In this document: one piece after another, positions 1 to 6,497 of the stretch
Position numbering within the stretch: the first letter of the stretch is position 1
How the letters are laid out: the number at the start of each line of letters is the position of its first letter
Origin: an uncultured Candidatus Saccharibacteria bacterium
Lineage (GTDB): Bacteria > Patescibacteriota > Saccharimonadia > Saccharimonadales > JAGQNK01
NCBI GenBank assembly: GCA_964573155.1
Contig: CAZNIN010000003.1
Span: forward strand, 1-45,164
Direction: 5' to 3'
DNA: 45,164 nt
Translations under genes and position numbers: made by a program
The notes under the pieces: model-generated
Told to the model about the DNA's origin: nothing
Database searches by the model: none
What the model saw: only the letters and a program-made list of their open reading frames with translations

Positions 1-723
1 GACTCTGCCATGATAGTAGCCACCGATAAGCGAGTTTTATACTTAGACCACAAAATTATGTTTCAAAAAACCGATGAGCTTTCTTATGACGTAGTGAGTG
101 GTGTTAGCTACAACTACCAGGGGCGCTTTGCTGGAGTTGTGTTGCACACAAGGCTTGGCGATTTTAAACTTCGGTTCGTAAATGCAACCTGCGCAAAGAG
201 GTTCGTAAAGTTCATCGAGGCCAGACAAATAGAGACCACTCGTATATCGAAGCCCGATCCCGAGACTACGAATACAGATCCCTTAGAGAGCCCCGCATCG
301 GCTAGAGATCTTGCACAAGAAGCTCACAATTTTTTGATGACCCACGAAGTTGCAACTCTTTCGACTGTCGACGAGAACGGACAGCCGCATGGCGCTGCCG
401 TGTACTACGTTGCCGACAAAAATAATCTCTTATATATCGTCACCAAAGACCAGACCGCCAAGGCAAGAAATATCGACCGATATCCATTTGTCGCTGTCAC
501 GATAACCGACCAAAATCGTATGCAAACAATGCAAATCAAGGGGGTTGCACATGTCGAGACTGACCCACATATAACAAAGCATATTTACGAGACAATTCTT
601 CGGCCTCGTTTCCAAAATGGTCGTGCCCAACTAGCACCTATCCTTCATATACCAGCCGGTAATTATGAAGTAATTGTTATTGAGCCGACTACACACAAGC
701 TTACCGATTATAAAACTACCTAG
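1..723 (+). CDS. bacterial PH (bPH)-like domain fused to a pyridoxamine 5'-phosphate oxidase-like FMN-binding split-barrel domain; probably 5'-truncated by the window edge
   Basis: ORF track 10..723. Frame 1 stays open back to nt 1, so the true start may lie upstream. The N-part (ATDKRVLYLDHK...SYDVVSGVSYNYQGRFAGVVLHTRLGDFKLRF) resembles the C-half of a bPH domain. The C-part (HEVATLSTVDENGQPHGAAVYYVADKNNLLYIVTKDQTAKARN...MQIKGVAHVETD) fits the PNPOx-like pattern. Family calls are from memory. Confidence 0.55.
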   Translation, partial: DSAMIVATDKRVLYLDHKIMFQKTDELSYDVVSGVSYNYQGRFAGVVLHTRLGDFKLRFVNATCAKRFVKFIEARQIETTRISKPDPETTNTDPLESPASARDLAQEAHNFLMTHEVATLSTVDENGQPHGAAVYYVADKNNLLYIVTKDQTAKARNIDRYPFVAVTITDQNRMQTMQIKGVAHVETDPHITKHIYETILRPRFQNGRAQLAPILHIPAGNYEVIVIEPTTHKLTDYKTT

Positions 724-745
724 ACATATTGCTAGCTTCTCGTTG

Positions 746-1159
746 TCAGGCTGAAACTTCCATCCACATCATTGCATGGATATCGTCAAGATTGGGCTCT
801 GGCACAGGCTGCCAGGCACTGGCATTGCCATCAGAGGTAAGAACATGACCTGTATGGTTCGCCTGATCAGGTAACAGTGCCTGGAGTGCGGCGGGCGCGT
901 TGTTCTCGCCGGTACCTCCTTGATTGATCGGCAATGGAGCGGCGAGAGAGGTAGACACCACAAGCGGCGCATCAGCCGCACCACTTAGATCACCCGACAA
1001 CTGGACTTTTCCTTTTACCTCTGTTGTGGCATCAGGAGTTGCTTCGGGAATTTCCGGCAGCTTCAGCGTTCCGTCTAAGTTATGTCCAACAAGGAGGAAA
1101 TCATTGAGGATACCGCCCCACTGGCCAACATCTTGCCCTTCTTTTGGTAATCGCGCCAT
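746..1159 (-). CDS. small phage tail-fibre-like protein (fibre-tip-like); last gene of the 6185->746 operon
   Basis: ORF track 746..1225 begins at a TTG. The first ATG (1159) gives MARLPKEGQDVGQWGGILNDFLLVGHNLDGTLK, an N-terminus I recognise from phage tail-fibre/minor-tail-like proteins. It is followed by TTEVKGKVQLSGDLSGAADAPLV and INQGGTGENNAPAALQAL motifs. No signal peptide. Start choice (1159 vs 1225) is uncertain. Confidence 0.5.
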   Translation of the reverse strand: MARLPKEGQDVGQWGGILNDFLLVGHNLDGTLKLPEIPEATPDATTEVKGKVQLSGDLSGAADAPLVVSTSLAAPLPINQGGTGENNAPAALQALLPDQANHTGHVLTSDGNASAWQPVPEPNLDDIHAMMWMEVSA

Positions 1160-1230
1160 TTTCTTTTTTCTTTTTGTTTTAGTTAAGGCTAGTGATAGTA
1201 TCGCAAGTAAAGGGGATTGTGTCAAATTGA

Positions 1231-2643
1231 CTATTCTGAATAGTCTACTTGGTACACCACTTTAAGCGTCTGCGTACTATTTTTGGTAACTGGAGTGTCG
1301 AGCTTGGCTCGTGTAGCCATTCCGTCTGGTCTAAAACGTACGACAGAATAATACGGGCTAGCGCCTATAGAAAACGAATAGCAAGGCATAGCAAACTGAT
1401 GTTCGTCTATAATATCGAAATCAGTATAATTTGCAGAGTTATCAGCGCTTATAGAAGCCATGTAAATATAGCTTTGCTGGGAAATATCCCAGCCCCACAT
1501 AGATACCTCAGGCGTTTGCTCTTCGCCACTCGTGTTGAAACTGAGCATCGTTGCGCGGTTGACCCTGTAATACCACTCATGAGTTGGGCTTCCGTAGTCA
1601 TCGTCTGAGGGCATCGTCGTCCTAACCCACAATCTTTGGTTTGTCGGCTCCCAGCATAGCCCCGCCACGGTTTGACCATAATAGGAGTTTGGACTATAAA
1701 AATATAATTCGTGCATGAAGTTGCTTATGTCGTTCCCGTTCGCAGGATTGATACACCATGCCGTCATTGTTCCACCGGATTGTGTAGTACTCCATAAGTT
1801 AGTGCCGTCAAATGCAAGATAACGATAATCACGATTTGTTGCATTAAACGGTCCTTGCTGCAAGACACCATCAGAATCAAATTTTGCAATGACTTTGTTA
1901 GCGTTTGATTCACCTATAACCCAGAGAAACTGGCCAGTTCTGTCCCACGCGAGACCTCGTATACGCGTAAAATACGGGTGTACGGTAAATGTTGCCAACG
2001 TAGGAGCGTAATCGCCATCAAGCTTGATGACCGAAAGACCTGTGCCGCCATCGTGGGCAAAAGAAAGCGTTGTGCTTGCTCGTGCGAAATAATACCATTG
2101 GTTAGTCGTTGCCCAGGTCTGCTCGATGGTGCCAGAAACAGAAAACAATGATCTCGGACCGCCAGGGATTGTTGCAGTGTAATGGGGGTGACAAAATCCA
2201 ACCGATCCAATAGTGCCATTTGCAGCCGCATCCGGCCAGGTATATACCCATTTCGTATACGTGGGCTGAGCGTCGAGCTCGGTGATACTTGGCGTTCCCC
2301 TAAGAGTGTCTATGCCAGCATATGAAGTGCCGTCGGCCCAACCAATGGTTTTGCCCGACATCATCCATTCATTCTGTGGGTCGACTTCTTTCGTCGAGTC
2401 AGTCAGGACGATTCCACCAAAAGGACTTTTTGGCTTGTCGTCGGATACACTTGCATTAATCGCAGTAAGCCCGTCAGTATATGCATTGCGCATTTCCCAT
2501 TCCAGGCGACGCAGAGCTGGCAAGGCAACGAAGTTCTTCACAGACTGCCGATACTCTAGTTTGCCGGTGTTTGCGTTATGAAGCTGTAGTGTTATTGAAC
2601 CCTCTTGATAATGTGGCAGATGTAGTCTTGATGGATAGTTCAT
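1231..2643 (-). CDS. 470-aa hypothetical protein, tandem paralog 2; C-terminal half with beta-propeller-like blades
   Basis: Long ORF whose ATG (2641-2643) directly abuts the stop of the upstream paralog (2644-2646). It shares blocks with the 2644..4050 product: TLQLHNANTGKLE/TLELRNAKTGKLE, YTKWVYTWPDAAANGTIGSVG/YTKWVFTWPDIAANGTIGSVG, RGLAWD..LWVIG/RGVAWD..LWIIG, RDYRYLAFDGTNLW/RDYRTLTFDGTNLW, TQTLKVVYQVDY/TQTLTVTYQMNY. No signal peptide or TM helix. Confidence 0.7.
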   Translation of the reverse strand: MNYPSRLHLPHYQEGSITLQLHNANTGKLEYRQSVKNFVALPALRRLEWEMRNAYTDGLTAINASVSDDKPKSPFGGIVLTDSTKEVDPQNEWMMSGKTIGWADGTSYAGIDTLRGTPSITELDAQPTYTKWVYTWPDAAANGTIGSVGFCHPHYTATIPGGPRSLFSVSGTIEQTWATTNQWYYFARASTTLSFAHDGGTGLSVIKLDGDYAPTLATFTVHPYFTRIRGLAWDRTGQFLWVIGESNANKVIAKFDSDGVLQQGPFNATNRDYRYLAFDGTNLWSTTQSGGTMTAWCINPANGNDISNFMHELYFYSPNSYYGQTVAGLCWEPTNQRLWVRTTMPSDDDYGSPTHEWYYRVNRATMLSFNTSGEEQTPEVSMWGWDISQQSYIYMASISADNSANYTDFDIIDEHQFAMPCYSFSIGASPYYSVVRFRPDGMATRAKLDTPVTKNSTQTLKVVYQVDYSE

Positions 2644-4050
2644 TTAATACGCTCCTGGATACGGATAATTCATTTGGTATGTTACGGTAAGAGTCTGAGT
2701 ATTAAGCTTTGTAACCGTACTTGGCAACAAGGCTCTTGAACCAAGGCAAGTTCCTTTGATTGTACTAACAATAAAATTACCCAAGCTACTGCTATAGCCT
2801 GGTACTAAAAATGTATTTGCGTCCGCCATATCAAAATCTGCGAGATAGTGAGACATCGTATGGATATTAATGGTGCTTCCTGTATATGCCTTGACCCATG
2901 GTTCCATGGAGCTAATAGCACCCCCCATAATAACTCCGGACGTATCAAACGGGATAATTCTCGTCTCTCGGAAACTCCAGTTTGACGAATTTCCCGTGTC
3001 ATAACGTGTATGGATCTTTACCCACAGGAACTGTCGAGTTGCATCCCATGCTAAACCAGCATGGCTTTCTGCGTATCCAGATGGAGAAGGAATAGAATAG
3101 GTAAAATTACCGACGTCACTGCCATCACTCGGATTAATGGAGTATACGGTGACCGTAGTACCGTTCTGTACTGCAGTCCATAAATTCGTGCCATCAAAAG
3201 TCAACGTACGGTAATCTCTCCCTGTTATTGCAATGGGGCTTACCGTATTGGCCCCAGACGCATTGTAGGCAGCGATATAATAATTAGTATTATTTCTACC
3301 TATTATCCATAAGCGTGAATTGCCTCCGTCCCATGCAACTCCTCTGGTGTGAGTAAATTGTCCGTTTGTATTAAATGTACTGCTGGGTTGATACTGTGAA
3401 TTCAGTACCGAAACCGTAGTAGCCGTATCGGCGTTATCCATGAATACATTCTCGATAGCAAATGACTGAGTATCGCTTGCTCGCGCAAAATAACCCCATC
3501 TTGCGGTTGTGGTGTTGGAGCTAACAAAGGTAGTCGCCCCATTGGCTGCAGAAAGCGACAAGTTTAAATCATGACGTACACTCCCCATCCAGCCAACCGA
3601 GCCAATGGTTCCATTTGCGGCAATATCGGGCCAAGTAAAAACCCACTTTGTGTACGTCGTTGTTGCCTCAGAACCATTTCCTTCAGGTGACCCCCGATAG
3701 ATACTGGGCCCCGAATAGGTTTCTTTGACTGCGTGGCCCAAAATCTCACCGGGAACCATAAACTCTTCTTCTGGGCTATTTGTGTCTTTGGTACTCGTGC
3801 TCAAGTAGAACGTATTAAACGGACTTACAGGCTGATAATCGCTGTCGCGGTTATTTTGCAGACTGTAGATTCCCGACTTAAAATAATTTCGTTGTGCCCA
3901 CTGATGCCGCTCAAGTGCAGGCGGCGCAATGAAGTTGTGGCTCTCCACTCGGTCTTCAAGTTTGCCGGTTTTGGCATTTCTCAGCTCCAAAGTAACAACA
4001 CCTTCGATCTTGTCTAACCCGGAGCCGGTATTGAATTTTTCCCTAAACAT
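2644..4050 (-). CDS. 468-aa hypothetical protein, tandem paralog 1; C-terminal half with beta-propeller-like blades
   Basis: Long ORF that is a paralog of 1231..2643 (blocks listed there). It has repeated G[LV]AWD...LW[VI] blade-like motifs: RGVAWDGGNSRLWIIG, LTFDGTNLWTAV, AGLAWDATRQFLWVKI. No signal peptide. Confidence 0.7.
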   Translation of the reverse strand: MFREKFNTGSGLDKIEGVVTLELRNAKTGKLEDRVESHNFIAPPALERHQWAQRNYFKSGIYSLQNNRDSDYQPVSPFNTFYLSTSTKDTNSPEEEFMVPGEILGHAVKETYSGPSIYRGSPEGNGSEATTTYTKWVFTWPDIAANGTIGSVGWMGSVRHDLNLSLSAANGATTFVSSNTTTARWGYFARASDTQSFAIENVFMDNADTATTVSVLNSQYQPSSTFNTNGQFTHTRGVAWDGGNSRLWIIGRNNTNYYIAAYNASGANTVSPIAITGRDYRTLTFDGTNLWTAVQNGTTVTVYSINPSDGSDVGNFTYSIPSPSGYAESHAGLAWDATRQFLWVKIHTRYDTGNSSNWSFRETRIIPFDTSGVIMGGAISSMEPWVKAYTGSTINIHTMSHYLADFDMADANTFLVPGYSSSLGNFIVSTIKGTCLGSRALLPSTVTKLNTQTLTVTYQMNYPYPGAY

Positions 4051-4120
4051 AAAGCACGCTTACCCTAAGTATACAAAAAAGCTTGTGTTTGGTATACCGA
4101 TAAGATCCTAAACACTTCAC

Positions 4121-5356
4121 TTATTCAAGTGTCACATTCTCATCAGGAGGTAACGCATACACATGAGCATCGGCCACGGAAACCGATAGTGGTAACTCTG
4201 CCTCGGCTACAATTATCTGATCTGACTGCGGATTTAGATAGGTATGTTCATCATGTATTGAAATAACCGGTATTCCATTCGGGGCCACAGCCACCTCATC
4301 ACTAGGATCTGCCAGATACGTGTAACCCTCCGTAACAGAAATGACCGGATTACCAATCGCCGCAGCATTGCTCACTTGGTCAGTTGGGGCGGACATATAC
4401 GCATAACTGTCGTTGACGGTTAGTATTTGTATCGCATTTGAGCCAGCCACTACGGAATCATCGGGAGTATAGCTGTACTGGTAGTCATGTTTTACAAAAA
4501 TAAATAGATTGTCATCACTATTAAGCGTTACCCCGTTACCAGGGTTCTCGGTAGCCTGAAACTGGTAGTTAGCCGTTGGCACAAGCAATGAGGGTACAGT
4601 GAACTGGCTGGTTGCACGCCTAAACGGCATGTAAGGATCGTATCGAAGCGCCTGCACTTCCTCGACAGATATAGCCCTATCCCAGAAATAAAACGGTCCT
4701 ATGGTCCCACGCCAAGGTGCAGTCATTGCGGGATTGTTGCCAAGATTTATGCTGGTTGCGATATCGTATTGGGTGCCTTCGCCCGTATTAAACGTCTGGA
4801 AATTAGCTGGCTTCTGTGGTACTCCGCGCAAGCCAGGCTCTGTGCGCAGCTGAACAGGGGGGATGCCAATACCATGAAACACACTAACGATGAGCCGGAC
4901 GCCATCATCTGGAAAGTCATCTACTGGCATTACCGTATACGTGTCAGCAACACTTCGTTTTTGCCAGCTCCACACCCCCACTACATCGGTATACGACTGA
5001 GTCTGCGGTAAACCAGCATTATAAAAGCTAAATATGTCCCTTTTGCCTGTGATGCCAACATCGCTTTTGACCCAAACAGCATAGCTCCACTTTTTCGGTA
5101 TTTGTTTATTGATAGTCGAGTTCAGGGCTATTGCAGTATTGTTATCAAAATGCAGGCCATAAAGTCCGCTTTCACGACGCGTCCAGCTAACATTATTTAT
5201 CTCTAGATTAGCAATTTGCCCCCAGTTACCATAATTGCGCACAAGATTGCCTCTGCCCTCATGCATAAGATAGGCCAACAAAAGCCCACGAGATAAGAAC
5301 CTCGATCCATCATCAGCACCGCGAAACGGCAAAGACGGGAAACGAATATTTGACAT
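4121..5356 (-). CDS. LamG/concanavalin-A-like lectin-fold protein with five C-terminal ~25-aa repeats
   Basis: Laminin_G_3-like pattern: GLHFDNNTAIAL ... WSYAVWVKSD ... INLGNNPAMTAPWRGTIGPFYFWDRAISVEEVQALRYDPY. No signal peptide. Only a 3-nt gap separates it from the upstream gene. Confidence 0.6.
   Translation of the reverse strand: MSNIRFPSLPFRGADDGSRFLSRGLLLAYLMHEGRGNLVRNYGNWGQIANLEINNVSWTRRESGLYGLHFDNNTAIALNSTINKQIPKKWSYAVWVKSDVGITGKRDIFSFYNAGLPQTQSYTDVVGVWSWQKRSVADTYTVMPVDDFPDDGVRLIVSVFHGIGIPPVQLRTEPGLRGVPQKPANFQTFNTGEGTQYDIATSINLGNNPAMTAPWRGTIGPFYFWDRAISVEEVQALRYDPYMPFRRATSQFTVPSLLVPTANYQFQATENPGNGVTLNSDDNLFIFVKHDYQYSYTPDDSVVAGSNAIQILTVNDSYAYMSAPTDQVSNAAAIGNPVISVTEGYTYLADPSDEVAVAPNGIPVISIHDEHTYLNPQSDQIIVAEAELPLSVSVADAHVYALPPDENVTLE
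4124..4498 (-). repeat. five degenerate tandem ~21-28-aa repeats at the C-terminus of the LamG protein
   Basis: The repeats are FVKHDYQYSYTPDDSVVAGSNAIQI / LTVNDSYAYMSAPTDQVSNAAAIGNPVI / SVTEGYTYLADPSDEVAVAPNGIPVI / SIHDEHTYLNPQSDQIIVAEAELPL / SVSVADAHVYALPPDENVTLE. The shared core is [DE]xxxYxxxPxDxV. Confidence 0.6.
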
Positions 5357-5359
5357 AAG

Positions 5360-5851
5360 CTAATACTGATACACAACAAGACTGACTACTATGTCGTCAG
5401 CACTATTAAAGAAAGTATGGTTAGTAAGGGTCACGACGTAGCCATAGAGAGCTTGTGATTCGGCCACGAATGACAGACCGATTGCCGGCAACGATACTGC
5501 TTGGCTGTTCGTAAACTGGATTGGAGCTGGAAACGATATAGACCCAACATAATAATCCATATCAGCGTCGGCAAAGCCGGCCTGGGCATTATCGAGCGTA
5601 GGTGTAACTGCTCGACTAAAAAGATGGAGGTCGACTGCACCTATACTATTGGATTTATCTACCAAAGACGCACTGGCTATGGTGCCCGAACCACCTTCAA
5701 TTCGGGTGACATTATTGAATATCATTTGATTACCAAGTGTATCTCCCTGGGTATACGTAATAGTTGCAGTAGTAAGCCCACTCGACGAAGCTTGTATGCG
5801 TCTAGCTCTTGGCCTAGGATCAACAGAATTAAGACTGCTCGTCAACGCCAT
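5360..5851 (-). CDS. 163-aa hypothetical beta-rich protein (operon gene 2)
   Basis: ORF with ATG start, a 1-nt gap to the upstream gene and a 3-nt gap to the downstream gene. Ser/Thr/Asn/Gly-rich, with no signal peptide or TM helix. I recognise no family. Confidence 0.6.
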   Translation of the reverse strand: MALTSSLNSVDPRPRARRIQASSSGLTTATITYTQGDTLGNQMIFNNVTRIEGGSGTIASASLVDKSNSIGAVDLHLFSRAVTPTLDNAQAGFADADMDYYVGSISFPAPIQFTNSQAVSLPAIGLSFVAESQALYGYVVTLTNHTFFNSADDIVVSLVVYQY

Positions 5852-5852
5852 A

Positions 5853-6185
5853 TTACGACACCTCTACCCCAGATACCGTTACGGTTATCGCATTATTCGC
5901 ACTGCTGCTGGCATATAAAGACGATCCTTCAGGCATGACTATGCTGCAATCTAACGTGCTCATACCGCGTTGAGGAATCCCATAGTCTGAAAGTATACGA
6001 TTCGAGACCTGAGCCGTACCACCAGACGCTACGACATGCACACTGACCGTTGCATCGAGAGAAGTAGTATTTGTCAGTACAATATTTTTGACAATAGCAC
6101 TCTTGTTTGCGGGCACTGTATAAAGTGTCGAACCACTCGTAGTCGCAAAATTTGTTGGAAATAGTAGTGATGGTATATAGGCCAC
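5853..6185 (-). CDS. 110-aa hypothetical beta-rich protein (operon gene 1)
   Basis: ORF starting at GTG (6183-6185). The sequence (TLYTVPANKSAIVKNIVLTNTTSLDATVSVHVV...ITVTVSGVEVS) looks like a small beta-sandwich. No signal peptide. It is the first gene after a 312-nt non-coding leader. Confidence 0.55.
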   Translation of the reverse strand: MAYIPSLLFPTNFATTSGSTLYTVPANKSAIVKNIVLTNTTSLDATVSVHVVASGGTAQVSNRILSDYGIPQRGMSTLDCSIVMPEGSSLYASSSANNAITVTVSGVEVS

Positions 6186-6440
6186 AATCTCTGCTCTACT
6201 ACTACCCCTTCGGGTTATTACCGTATAGTCCAGGTATGTTACACAGCGAGATTCTGAAATAGCACTCAGCGGATGCTGTCATTATTTCTTAATCCCTTCG
6301 GGTAACCACCTCTTCATACATACGTTGCTATATAAAAAGCATAACAAAAAAGCTATTCATCTCAAACTCACATGTCCCGTAGGCCTCTCCTCGCATGCCA
6401 TAATGTCAACACCTCAGCCTATCTGAAGGTTACTCCCAGG

Positions 6441-6482
6441 AAATAAAACCAGACGCCGCAACCTATCGTCACGGCGTCTGGT
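6441..6482 (-). terminator. rho-independent terminator downstream of the GH16 gene
   Basis: An 11-bp perfect stem (6448-6458 ACCAGACGCCG / 6472-6482 CGGCGTCTGGT) with a 13-nt loop. On the minus strand it is followed by TTTATTT (6441-6447). Confidence 0.7.
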
Positions 6483-6497
6483 AGCTCTAATGGATTC

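Noticed and set aside
1160-1225. N-terminal extension (MTQSPLLAILSLALTKTKRKKK) of the fibre-tip-like protein from the TTG at 1225.
   Set aside because: It starts at a TTG with no SD sequence. The MARLP... N-terminus at ATG 1159 matches how I remember this protein type starting. Tight coupling to the upstream stop (5 nt) keeps it possible, so the alternative is noted in the feature.
746-6185. Calling the fibre-like operon an intact prophage or tailocin.
   Set aside because: The window contains no portal, terminase, capsid, sheath, tube, tape-measure, holin, endolysin or integrase candidate. The neighbours are ordinary chromosomal genes. Only the receptor-binding-like part is present, so I report it as an orphan module.
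746-6185. A diversity-generating retroelement (DGR) targeting the lectin or fibre-like proteins.
   Set aside because: No reverse transcriptase ORF lies in the window. I found no near-identical template/variable DNA repeat pair with adenine-specific mismatches. The paralogs are diverged at the protein level throughout.
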